This document shows, in pieces, positions 1-9,743 of a stretch of DNA of 64,000 nt. Both the position numbers and the translations under genes were made by a program. Every line of letters begins with the position of its first letter. Position 1 is the stretch's first letter. The DNA lies in NCBI GenBank assembly GCA_000002445.1, contig CP000069.1, positions 800,001 through 864,000 of the forward strand, written 5' to 3'. The notes under the pieces are model-generated. The model made no database searches. It was not told the origin of the DNA and was given only the letters and a program-made list of their open reading frames with translations. This DNA comes from Trypanosoma brucei. Taxonomy: Eukaryota.

Positions 1-2
1 TG

Positions 3-404
3 CGAGGATTAGACCTCGAGAACACAAATCGTACGATTGGGCTCTTTACCCGCATACTACTTCTCCGTCTCATTCTTCAGCTTCCTCCTTCAAGCCTGAC
101 TGAAGTATTTTTTGGTGGTAACGGTGTTTACGCACATGATGTGAAGATTGACACCAGTACTCTGCGGGAAAACTTAAAGAAGGTTTTTGAGCGGTATTTT
201 GTTAAGGAAGAGGATGCAGGTAAGTGGATTCCACACTTCTACGATGTGGCCGCCGTTGGGACACCTTTTGATGTACACAAGCAGATGGGCGCTGTTGCTG
301 CCAATGCTAGCGGAATGGAGTCGGTGGATGAGGAGGCGCAGCTCCAGTCATTTGTGCGGAGGATACGTGTGGTGTACAAAGCTTTGAAGGGTGGCATTTC
401 GTGA
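3..404 (+). CDS. 3' end of a hypothetical protein-coding gene (5'-partial; start lies upstream of the window)
   Basis: Frame 3 is open from nt 3 to the TGA at 402-404. The ORF-track entry 141..404 starts at a GTG, which is not a credible eukaryotic start, and the only in-frame ATG would give about 35 aa. The codon composition looks coding. No family recognised from the peptide ...HFYDVAAVGTPFDVHKQMGAVAANASGMESVDEEAQLQSFVRRIRVVYKALKGGIS. Confidence 0.35.
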   Translation, partial: RGLDLENTNRTIGLFTRILLLRLILQLPPSSLTEVFFGGNGVYAHDVKIDTSTLRENLKKVFERYFVKEEDAGKWIPHFYDVAAVGTPFDVHKQMGAVAANASGMESVDEEAQLQSFVRRIRVVYKALKGGIS

Positions 405-723
405 TGTCTCTCTGCTATTTTCTTAAAGTTGTCGCTTAAATAATTTGGTATGCTCTCGCCATTCGTTAAAATGAGCGGGTACACGAACATATAGGTGTGT
501 GTGTGTGTGCATACGAGTTCTTAATAAGGGAATAACTGCCCGTACTTGATCTAACCGATCATGGGGCGATAGGTGTCGGCACTGCCTTAATATCACTTCG
601 CCCCCTTATGTGCATCTGTTCACGTTCCTTTTTACCAACAACATCTATCTCTGTTTTATTCCCGTATCTCGCAGCGACATTAGACACCACGGTGAGGGGA
701 ATCCATAAGCAGAGGAAATAGTT

Positions 724-3700
724 ATGGGTGAAACAGTGAGAAGGTGTTGCCCACACAGCGCCTCTGCGGAACTCACAGGTCATTTGATATCGAGTAGTGG
801 TGATATTTTCATCAGCTCGACCATTACACTGGACTTCACCAACGCAGTTTCTAGGGAGGTAGCTAATGCTTCAAAGGAACTGGCTACACCTCCTGTTGTT
901 ATGCGACGTGTGGCAGAGGGTCACCCCATGCTACTCCTTACATTATCTCCCCTTCACAGAATCCGCCAGGCTCGTGTATTGATTTCAAAGGTGTGTGAAG
1001 GGAGTGATACACCTGGTGCAAACGCTACATGTGATAGTGACATAGTGAGCGAGTGGCATGAATTGCAACTAAACGAGCAAACACTATACGCTACAGATCG
1101 AGTCAGTGCTGAGAGCAAACACCATGTCGCGCAACCTTCTTGGACACCACTTTCTACAGAAGAATACCCCATGGGAGGTGAATTGGAACTCGATATTGGT
1201 GGTGATAGCGACGATACTGTTGAGCCTGAGTGTGACGATAAGTTTGAAAAATTGTTTATTCTTGAGTTGGTTCATAGCGCAGTGTCTGGAATGAGCGCAG
1301 AAGATTCATCTACATTTTGCGTTTTGAAGTTGTGCGTGGATATTGTCGTGGAATCTCTTGAGCGTCTGCAGAATGTTTCTTACCCGCGGTTCACAGTTAC
1401 GTCGAAACCTACTGTAGGGCAACGTATTGCAAATGCCTGTTTTGCCGAAAGAGGTGACGGTACGCAAGATGAGAGCGACGACAACTACATTTTGCTGGTT
1501 GGCCAACACCAGTACGAGTATTACATTTGCCCGAGGATAGAATACGCGAATGGGCATGATACTGGCTCGGGTTTTGCTGCGGTCGATGTGAATGTAGTGA
1601 GTATTAGTCCTTTGCAGGAAGGCGACGACAGCGGTTGGGAAGTAGTATTGCTTTCCCCCTTACCTTCGCAGCCAGCAGACCTTCTTTGTGCTTTTGTGCG
1701 GTCGGTGGGAGAAGATACCGCTCAACCTTCTGTGGAGGTTTATAATGGGGCAAAGTGGCTGGTACAACAATACCCCGCTTACACCCATATGAAGGCTGAA
1801 GAAGATGCGGGTCATCTTAGCGAGTCTTTGGCTTCTAGCATATATTTCTTTCACTGTGACCATGCAATATACCAAAACCTGATGGGACTGTTACAGATTG
1901 CTGACTTTGCGTGGACAGCGGCGGTTAATCGGGCAACCGCGTCCACTTCCAACACATGGGTAATAGCCCGCAGCGACGGTAAGAATGCGCTTCTTAGCTT
2001 ACGTAGAGGATTTCTTTGTACGCGGCATGCTGTGTTGCTCTCAGATGAGACACTGTACGGAACTGTTGGGGGAAACCCCGCTGTGTCCCCGGCCGTTGCG
2101 CTACGTGGTAAAACTGCTGTGATCAGTGCCGCCTTGGAACTCAAATGGAACGCCACTCACAAGGACAATGCTAGTTTCCCTGAATTGCTCAGGGCTAATA
2201 AAGAAACATCTTTTCTTTCTGTGGTTTCTGCGCTTCTACGTACCTGGTCGATGTGCTTGCTTTCTGATGTGCCCGGATGGACTGAATTCCTTCATCAAGA
2301 GCGACAGATAGCCCTATACAGCTTGTGTGTGATGCCCTTACCACCTAACTCGTGGTGCTTACCACAACAATATGTGCGAGAGGTGTACGTGTCGCTACTG
2401 CTGTTGTCATCAGCATTTGTGGTAACTGTCCTTCGTCAGAACCTCTGCGGCCCCTGGGAACTGCTTCGGAAGGGCGTATCGTCGTCGTTTATGCGCAGTA
2501 TTGGTGTGACTGATATTTTACCGACTACCGGAATGCATCTTGATCTCGTGCGACTTCTCATACTTCGTGACGGTTGGGAAAAATGTCGTTTGTTTGATGC
2601 AACGTCTTTATCTTCTGTTTGTTTCGTAGGTACTCTCAGTTATGAGGAAAAGCTGCGGCAGGGGAAGTCAACAAAAGATGAGGGCAGCTCCTACCACGAT
2701 ATACATCTACATATAACAGTTCCACCCACAAAAAGGGATGTACAAGTTTCACACATCCTCGACCAGCAGCTAGCAGAGGATGCAATGTGGCTCGTTGATT
2801 TGCCATTCACTGTTCTCTACTTCGTGGCGGAGTATAGGGCACAGACTTATTCAACACCTAGCGGTTTCAATGCCGAAGCGCCATCATCACGTTGTCGAGT
2901 AGCGCATATGTTGCCCTGCTACTGGCGCGTGTCGGCGCTTGATTGGGCCCGGGGACTATCTCAACACGCATCCTTCACTTTACTAAGACCTTCGGGAGAT
3001 GATGGAGTTGGTACGACAGAGGGGAGCATCTCTGCGGAGGGCTGTGGAGACAAGGAGGGTAATAGCGAAGGGCAAGATGGGGTTCCTCCTCTACTAATCC
3101 CGTTTTTAGTTCTGAATCCCAAGGTTGTACCGCAAGCGCTGTTTCTTCATGTGGACCACAGTCAGTTCTTTACAGATCTCTCTGAAAAGACTGGGTTTAT
3201 TATGCGACAGTCCGTCTTGCAGAACATAATGGAGGAGTCAGTGCGTGAGGGAGAGGAGGATGCTGGGGAAGTCGATATGGTTTTTACTCCTTTACTTAAT
3301 CAACTGCTGCTAAGTATTCTGGACGCTACGCCGTCTCATTCCCCCGTTGCTACAGCGGAGCTTCTACCAATTCAGCTGTTTGAGGAATCACTTGAAGCGG
3401 TAAGCGGGGGAGCCGAGGCGGTTTGGGGAAGGGTGTACGCTGACACTCGCGTGCGTCTTATGCGCCGCGTAGGGTATCACAGAAAAGACGGCGTGAACAG
3501 CCACTCATTAAAACGTTCGAGGGATAACGGCACTGCAGGTTACGGTGGCGGCTGCCACGAGTCTTTGCGGCTGCTGGGGAATATTCAAACTCATATCCAA
3601 ACCATAGCCAAGTATCAATCCACCCTGCTGCAGTTGCAGTTAAGGTCGCAGAGGAGGAGGCCTTTAGTTCTCAGATTGTATAGGGAGCGTACAGGCAGCT

Positions 3701-4050
3701 CTGTGGGTGTGCAACCTAAAGGAAAGGAGCAGCATGAAAGCAACATACCACGCAGCGTTAGCGATTTGGCGCAGCTCGTTTCTCGTGTTATGTGCGCAAG
3801 CACAACACGTTTAGAAGAGGGGGAATCAACAACGGCGAGACGAGCTGTGGACTCCCTTTTATTCCCCTTGTGGTTGTTGCTTCTGGATCTCCGAGAGTGT
3901 GGTGTAACGACATGTGGTGGGCAAGTCGGAACTGAAGTCGTACGGAGGATCTGTGAGGTTTCTTTTAAAGGTCTCACAACAAACGGTGTTGTTTTACCTG
4001 TTGATACTTTTCTGCTGGAGGCGTACCAGTTTCTCATGCAGGATGCCTAG
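724..4050 (+). CDS. hypothetical protein, 1108 aa, no recognisable domain (lineage-restricted large ORF)
   Basis: Uninterrupted 3.3-kb ORF beginning at ATG 724. Acidic patches (DIGGDSDDTVEPECDD; GDGTQDESDDNY). A poly(Y) tract lies upstream at about 600-680. No conserved catalytic or binding motif identified by eye. Confidence 0.7.
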   Translation: MGETVRRCCPHSASAELTGHLISSSGDIFISSTITLDFTNAVSREVANASKELATPPVVMRRVAEGHPMLLLTLSPLHRIRQARVLISKVCEGSDTPGANATCDSDIVSEWHELQLNEQTLYATDRVSAESKHHVAQPSWTPLSTEEYPMGGELELDIGGDSDDTVEPECDDKFEKLFILELVHSAVSGMSAEDSSTFCVLKLCVDIVVESLERLQNVSYPRFTVTSKPTVGQRIANACFAERGDGTQDESDDNYILLVGQHQYEYYICPRIEYANGHDTGSGFAAVDVNVVSISPLQEGDDSGWEVVLLSPLPSQPADLLCAFVRSVGEDTAQPSVEVYNGAKWLVQQYPAYTHMKAEEDAGHLSESLASSIYFFHCDHAIYQNLMGLLQIADFAWTAAVNRATASTSNTWVIARSDGKNALLSLRRGFLCTRHAVLLSDETLYGTVGGNPAVSPAVALRGKTAVISAALELKWNATHKDNASFPELLRANKETSFLSVVSALLRTWSMCLLSDVPGWTEFLHQERQIALYSLCVMPLPPNSWCLPQQYVREVYVSLLLLSSAFVVTVLRQNLCGPWELLRKGVSSSFMRSIGVTDILPTTGMHLDLVRLLILRDGWEKCRLFDATSLSSVCFVGTLSYEEKLRQGKSTKDEGSSYHDIHLHITVPPTKRDVQVSHILDQQLAEDAMWLVDLPFTVLYFVAEYRAQTYSTPSGFNAEAPSSRCRVAHMLPCYWRVSALDWARGLSQHASFTLLRPSGDDGVGTTEGSISAEGCGDKEGNSEGQDGVPPLLIPFLVLNPKVVPQALFLHVDHSQFFTDLSEKTGFIMRQSVLQNIMEESVREGEEDAGEVDMVFTPLLNQLLLSILDATPSHSPVATAELLPIQLFEESLEAVSGGAEAVWGRVYADTRVRLMRRVGYHRKDGVNSHSLKRSRDNGTAGYGGGCHESLRLLGNIQTHIQTIAKYQSTLLQLQLRSQRRRPLVLRLYRERTGSSVGVQPKGKEQHESNIPRSVSDLAQLVSRVMCASTTRLEEGESTTARRAVDSLLFPLWLLLLDLRECGVTTCGGQVGTEVVRRICEVSFKGLTTNGVVLPVDTFLLEAYQFLMQDA

Positions 4051-4312
4051 TTGTGGCACGATGCTGTGCGTAGCGGCGCTGTGGTTGGGCTGCAAGCCGG
4101 TTGGTGGATCCTATCACTATCCCCTAAGAGGCTGTTTTTATCCGTTATATCTTACGATACCATGCTGTACCCTGTTTGTTCCTTTTATATTTTACACGGT
4201 CTCAATTATATACATTGTTCGGCGCGTACCCAGTTTTGAGTTCTGTAATAGCATTTTAGAAAAAAAAATTCACGTGCACACAAACTATCACGTTTATTTT
4301 TATAGTTAAAGA

Positions 4313-5197
4313 ATGCCAAACGAAACCGCGGGTAAGCCTCCTAAGGTTTTCCAAACTAATGGAAAATTACCACGTGGCAGTGACCCCACATGTGATGATG
4401 TGGAGTTCACCCATGAAGGCGAGGTGGTAGTGACTTCTTCCGACGGGAAGAAGTTTCGCCGTAGTGTTTGTGTCTTCATCATGAACGAAAACGGCCATTT
4501 CCTGGGATGTCGGCGGTACGATGATCGCAGCACAATACAGTGTGTTCAAGGTGGTGCGAAGAGGGGTGAAACGGTTCAACAAACTGCGACTCGTGAAGTA
4601 ATGGAAGAGATCGGGGTGCACTGCGACCAACTTCAGTTCATTAGTGAGATCACCTACTCGAAACCTGAGTGTGGCGAACCCCAGAACTGTGACGGACCAC
4701 GTTCTGCCTTTCGCTACAAATCTAAATCATGGAGACGTATCGGAATTGTGGGTCAGGAACTGTATCCCCTTCTCTATAGTATGCAGTCGTCTGTCATAAA
4801 CCATTTGAACTTCCATTCCGTTCCGGGCACCAGACGGGAATTCATCGGGGCAGAGTGGGTTCCACTTCATGTTTTGCGCAATAAATGCTCAAAGTCGAAG
4901 CAGGTGGCGGTATCCAATATGTGTGACGCTGTCGAAGAAATTTTGTGGGGGCAATCACGATCTCCACGCCGTGATTCACACTCTGCTGATGCCGGCAGGT
5001 TGAATGAGTTGAAGAAGGACATTGGAAGCAGCTCACAGCACGAACTTGGGGACACGATGAATGACATGGTAAATAGTTGTCAGCGGAAACGACGGCGTAA
5101 GAGAAAAGGGAAGAGTGGGAATAAGAATCAATTGTTACATGAGGAGGGAGGTTCCCTTCAGATGAATTTACTTGGAAACCCCACCTCCTGCGAGTGA
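4313..5197 (+). CDS. NUDIX hydrolase
   Basis: Canonical Nudix box Gx5Ex7REUxEExGU is present as GGAKRGETVQQTATREVMEEIGV. ATG start at 4313. The C-terminus carries a strongly basic KRRRKRKGKSGNK tail (NLS-like). No PTS1. Confidence 0.85.
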   Translation: MPNETAGKPPKVFQTNGKLPRGSDPTCDDVEFTHEGEVVVTSSDGKKFRRSVCVFIMNENGHFLGCRRYDDRSTIQCVQGGAKRGETVQQTATREVMEEIGVHCDQLQFISEITYSKPECGEPQNCDGPRSAFRYKSKSWRRIGIVGQELYPLLYSMQSSVINHLNFHSVPGTRREFIGAEWVPLHVLRNKCSKSKQVAVSNMCDAVEEILWGQSRSPRRDSHSADAGRLNELKKDIGSSSQHELGDTMNDMVNSCQRKRRRKRKGKSGNKNQLLHEEGGSLQMNLLGNPTSCE

Positions 5198-5536
5198 GAC
5201 GGGTGGGGGTTTTCGTAAAGAAAAACGACACCTCGTATAGCTCTCACAGTGGCATTGTCACATCGCATAAAAATAATGTTTAATATCCTCTTTGCATTTG
5301 GCTCCTCGCAGTGTACATCACTAATTATTCCTTTTCCTGTTACTACTTGTTACCACGTCTTACCATTTTGTTAGTGCCCATGTGTCGTGCACACGTTGGC
5401 GCTTTTCCTTTCGTTTTTTTTAAACCTCCTCACTTACTTCCTGAATAGTGCTAGTGATTTGTATTCACCAACCCTTAAGGTGCCATTGCCATACTTGAGG
5501 CCCTGAAGAGGTGTGCGCAGGGAACTTGGCGGGTAA

Positions 5537-6031
5537 ATGTACCGCACTCTCACACCGTCATGCAAAAAATTCAGCGGGTTTTACACGACTTTCCCCCGTC
5601 GATGTAACACCACTATTTTGATTCCCTTCCGAATCTTCTCCATATTACTGTACCTCACGGCACTCATTTGCGTGGCTGGATCAAGTGATGATTTTGTATT
5701 GATTGAGTCTCGGGATAATGAGGTATCTGGCGGTGGTGATCGTGTGGACCTTCGCCGATCTGTAAATGTTTATTTAGTTGTTAGCTTCATGTTGCTTTTC
5801 GTCACCTGCTGGGGTATTTTTACGGGACGTACGCTGCGAAGTGGTACCGTGAACTTTATGCACTGCTGCTCCCACACAACAGCTGCAATAGCTTTGATAG
5901 TGATATGGTGTCTGAAGTTACATTTACATCGAATGTGGCATGTATTTTACGCCTTCGGTGCCATTCCTACCGCAATGGAAGTGTGTGCGCTGTGTGCGTC
6001 GTATTATCGTGGTTTGGATAGTTATTTGTGA
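5537..6031 (+). CDS. possible small hydrophobic protein (164 aa), doubtful
   Basis: ATG-initiated ORF in the 2.5-kb gap between the NUDIX and USP genes. It has 3-4 hydrophobic segments (ILLYLTALICVAGS; VYLVVSFMLLFVTCWGIF; AAIALIVIWCL). No homolog recognised. It could be a chance ORF in the UTR. Confidence 0.2.
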   Translation: MYRTLTPSCKKFSGFYTTFPRRCNTTILIPFRIFSILLYLTALICVAGSSDDFVLIESRDNEVSGGGDRVDLRRSVNVYLVVSFMLLFVTCWGIFTGRTLRSGTVNFMHCCSHTTAAIALIVIWCLKLHLHRMWHVFYAFGAIPTAMEVCALCASYYRGLDSYL

Positions 6032-6679
6032 AAATTTGGTTTTGTGCTTTATTGCTGCAGTTGTTGTTTTGGTTAGTGCCTTGTTCTTCGACATCCTTGT
6101 CTGTTTTACCCAATTATTTTTGATTGGCGTGTGAGTTTTACAATAGTTTGTTGCCAATTCAAATTGTGTTTCTCCCCCATTTTTTTGTACTCACGCATAT
6201 AAGCTAGGTAGATGATATTATAAATTTATCTTTCGTTGTGCAGTGTTAGACGCAGGTTTATATGGTGCATCTAGATATATGGAGACTAAAGATATCGTCC
6301 TGGTATCTATTTCTTTTTTTTGTGTGTGTGTGTTGCCTTGTTGAGGGGGAGTGGAAAAATATTATCGGAAAGTAAATAACGTCACTGCAGGAGACTTTCG
6401 AGTGAGGGAAGAGAGATGGGGATGAAGAGTGTCTTCACCTTTCCTCCTTCCTCCAGGAGTGTGTTATTTTGCATCCGGTTGTGTAAATTAGTGAAAAGGC
6501 TGCGTATTGGTTTCTAGTTCTTTTTTTAAATTCGCATTGTGTTCCGCTTCCCGTTACTGCGATCACTTGTGAGCGTTTGTTTTCGTTCCCCTCGAATTAA
6601 ATATCATAGGTAATTGCATATTCTCGTATAAAAGATAGGGGTTTATATTCCTTACCCTATTCAACTCTCCCTCTTATTG

Positions 6680-6777
6680 TGGCTCGCTGATGAATTAATT
6701 TTTCTGAGTGTTTTCTTAGAGTTCCGTAACGGGCATGATAAGCACACAAATTATGAACCCTTTAACTCTGAGAGCCA
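6680..6777 (+). ncRNA. candidate C/D-box snoRNA (about 98 nt)
   Basis: 5'-UGGCUC-gc-UGAUGA (C box 6688-6693) ... CUGA (D' 6704-6707) ... UGAUAA (degenerate C' 6736-6741) ... CUGA (D 6768-6771)-GAGCCA-3'. The 6-nt flanks UGGCUC (6680-6685) and GAGCCA (6772-6777) are perfectly complementary, forming the canonical terminal stem that brings the C and D boxes together. It is intergenic. The overlapping track ORF 6677..6868 has a TTG start and is rejected as coding. Confidence 0.3.
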
Positions 6778-7700
6778 CATCGATTACCCCTCCTTTTTTT
6801 TTCATATTACTGGTTGGATAATAAAACAAAATGTGACAACGAAACACAGAAATCGTGATCCCTATTGATACACGTTTTTCAGCTGCGGATTATCAAAACT
6901 GTGTGAGATGAAGTATAAAAATTATCTACTACATTTGCGTACGATGTTAACAACGAGCTGTGAGGAAATTGTTTCCACGGCGAGTTTTTTTTTCCAATTT
7001 ATTTGTGTATACTGCAAGTAACCTTCTGCTTTTTTATTCTCCTTCTCCTCTTATTATCTGTGTTTTAACACTTCTTTATCGCTATTTTGCGTCTACTTTG
7101 GTTTTTTTTCTTTTCCACACGCATGTTTGAATAAATAACACATTCACCAGACCCGAATTACAAGGAAGAAGAAAATTTGACATAACACACGTCGTCGATG
7201 AGGCAAAGATAACAACAACGACAAAAAAAAGGTAAAAACATGTGCGATAAAGTTGACAAGAGAACGCGCGTAGACCATCAAGAGCTGCGTTTAGCACTAA
7301 TTCCTGCAGTCGCTTTATTATTAAGTAACTGTGGTGCGAAGGGGAAACCCAAATGGTAAAAAGGGGAGGAAATGTTGATGAGAGGAACTTGTAAGTTTGA
7401 TTCTTTCCTGAGGTAGTGTGTATTACGAAAATTAACTTGTGAGAAAGCATTCAAATGTTGTTTTGAAGGTCGACAGCACCGATATTAAGTAAGTTGAATT
7501 GTGAGTGTTTATGTTCCACTTATTCAAATTCGGGCATTCACAAAGTGCTGATGAGATTAATAATGGGGTGCACTTTCTTTTTTTCTTTTCCTTTTAATTT
7601 TCTTTCTCTCTCCTCTATTTCCTAAAAGGTTAGCTGTAGGGAAAGAAATATTGTGCTTTTCTTTACCAGGTGAAAGTGTGTAGCCACCGCAGGCCTTGCC

Positions 7701-9743
7701 ATGTCGAAAACAATTTGCAAATGTTGTGTGGTGTGGAAACCCAGCGAGTTTTTAGAAGCCGCTGCCAGGCGTTGTATGAAACCTCAAGATGTAGCATCGG
7801 ATCAAAAAAAGCTGTTCTGTGCGATGCGCAGCGTTGCCGATGGAATTGGTTATGCAGGGAGTGCTGAAGCTGCTGCGGATTTAGGAAGCATCAAATCATG
7901 TGATAATGATCCGCAACTTTGGATGTGTCTTCGCTGTGGGTTATATTGCTGTGGAGTGCACCGAAAGTCGCATTATGACAACTCGAGAATGTCTGGTGTT
8001 GGCACAGACGATAAAATAAATGGGGGCCACCGTATCTTTTTTGCCGTGAAACCGAGATGGGGGACGGATGTGAACTCACCTGCCGTTGGTGCACCGTTGC
8101 CGACAGTTACGATAAACTTGTGTCAAGTCGAATCACCTGAGAGGCGTACCGTAACGATGAATAACTTGAAGGTTTCAAAGGTTTCATTTGAAAAGGTAGG
8201 GACGTATGGCATTATATCGTGTGTGGAATGCCATGAAGACCCGATCAAGTTGCCTGTGCGGAACAGCTTACCATGTTTAGGGGTTGACTTGATAACTCTT
8301 TGCGAAAATGTAGCGAAGGTGTTACACTGCGTCGAGAGAAACATTTCTTTGGCTCCTGATTACGACGAAGGCTCGTTCGGGGCTCCCCGTGCTCGCGGCG
8401 TACTGGATTCAGGAATTGCAACAGACACGAGGCGTCAAAACAGCAACTATGAAACGTATTCTTATGTGGAGACGAATAAGCAGGCCAACTCACGTGCAGC
8501 AACCTCTTCTAACAGTCGTTGCGTGAGAGCACGGGCGGGCACACTAGTGGAGGCTTGTATCTCCGGCTTTGAAAATCGGCGCAACACATGTTATTTCAAC
8601 TCCGTTCTCCAATGTATTCTTCAATGCAATACCTTTATTGATTTTATGATCCGTCAAAAATTCACCGGTTCACACACGTTGGTGCATCATATGTCCGAAA
8701 TGATAGGGTTTATGAAGAGCGGCCCGTGCGCAGGTGATAGACAAGGTATCGTGGATGGCCTTGCCCGTGCTTTGATGGGCAGTTTATCTGAAATTGTTCC
8801 AATGTTTGGTGACGGGGATCAACAGGACAGTCAGGAACTCTTCATTACGCTGATCAATGGTATCGCTGATGAGTTAGATAAGGGTAAAAGTGAAGAAGAA
8901 AAGAAAGGGAGTCAACGTGTCCCTTTCGAAGGTATGCTCTGTACTACAGTAACATGCAGAGGGTGTAAAAACCAAGTCAAACGGGATGAAGTGTTCATGG
9001 CGCTTTCAATACCCGTTACGAACAGCGTTGAAGATAGCCTTGAAAAACTTTTCGAAAGATCGACACTTAACGGGGATTCTCAGTACGCCTGTGAAGTGTG
9101 CTTTAACAAACTATCTCCTGCGGAGCAAACGAAGAAAAACAACGATATTCGTGCGGAGAACGAGGCACGGAAGCTCAGGAAGAAAGCAAATGCGGAAGCA
9201 AAGAGTCTCAACTGTCTCTACCAAGACGCAGACGTGGAAACATCAATCGGGAGATTTAATGGATCACTCGCGTTACACTTACTACGGTTCAAGTGCGACG
9301 ACCGTGGCGTATACAAAGTTCCTGGCGCAGTTTCTTTCCCAAAAAGACTGAACCTTAGTAAGTATATAGTGGGCAGTGCGGCAAGCGGATGTGGGGACAC
9401 GAAAATGCCGCAAACGATCGTCCAAACAAATGTGAACACACATCGTAGTGTTTCCCGACCCAGCAATTCGCTGGTACATGTTTCCGGTGGCGATGGCTGT
9501 ACGAGTAGCGTGGAGGAGAGTACTGACAACCGACGGAGTCAGTTGGACTTGGAGCTCGTCGGCATAATCTCGCATGTTGGTTCACTTCACGGTGGGCATT
9601 ATGTTGCTCATGTACGGAGCCATACCAAACCATCCATGTGGTTCTACTGCGACGATGAAGAAATTTATACTGTGGATGAATCAAGTGTGTTTGAACGCGA
9701 GCAGGGTGTATATATGCTCTTCTACGACCAGCTTTACCATTAA
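7701..9743 (+). CDS. ubiquitin carboxyl-terminal hydrolase (USP/UBP family, peptidase C19) with N-terminal ZnF-UBP
   Basis: Cys box GFENRRNTCYFNSVLQCILQC and His box GGHYVAHVRSH...WFYCDDEEIYTV. N-terminal Cys/His-rich ZnF-UBP-like segment (CKCCVVWKP...WMCLRCGLYCCGVH). ATG at 7701 is preceded by a poly(Y) tract at 7560-7660. Confidence 0.9.
   Translation: MSKTICKCCVVWKPSEFLEAAARRCMKPQDVASDQKKLFCAMRSVADGIGYAGSAEAAADLGSIKSCDNDPQLWMCLRCGLYCCGVHRKSHYDNSRMSGVGTDDKINGGHRIFFAVKPRWGTDVNSPAVGAPLPTVTINLCQVESPERRTVTMNNLKVSKVSFEKVGTYGIISCVECHEDPIKLPVRNSLPCLGVDLITLCENVAKVLHCVERNISLAPDYDEGSFGAPRARGVLDSGIATDTRRQNSNYETYSYVETNKQANSRAATSSNSRCVRARAGTLVEACISGFENRRNTCYFNSVLQCILQCNTFIDFMIRQKFTGSHTLVHHMSEMIGFMKSGPCAGDRQGIVDGLARALMGSLSEIVPMFGDGDQQDSQELFITLINGIADELDKGKSEEEKKGSQRVPFEGMLCTTVTCRGCKNQVKRDEVFMALSIPVTNSVEDSLEKLFERSTLNGDSQYACEVCFNKLSPAEQTKKNNDIRAENEARKLRKKANAEAKSLNCLYQDADVETSIGRFNGSLALHLLRFKCDDRGVYKVPGAVSFPKRLNLSKYIVGSAASGCGDTKMPQTIVQTNVNTHRSVSRPSNSLVHVSGGDGCTSSVEESTDNRRSQLDLELVGIISHVGSLHGGHYVAHVRSHTKPSMWFYCDDEEIYTVDESSVFEREQGVYMLFYDQLYH

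Noticed and set aside
6677-6868. 63-aa ORF MWLADELIFLSVF... overlapping the snoRNA candidate
   Set aside because: It starts at a TTG and sits in an intergenic region. The box and stem architecture explains the sequence better than a micro-ORF.
7549-7554. Other TGATGA (C-box-like) words in non-coding DNA (7549, 11710, 47764; minus strand 17447, 38545) as additional snoRNAs
   Set aside because: None has a downstream CUGA D box at appropriate spacing together with complementary terminal flanks. Only the 6680-6777 locus satisfies all elements.
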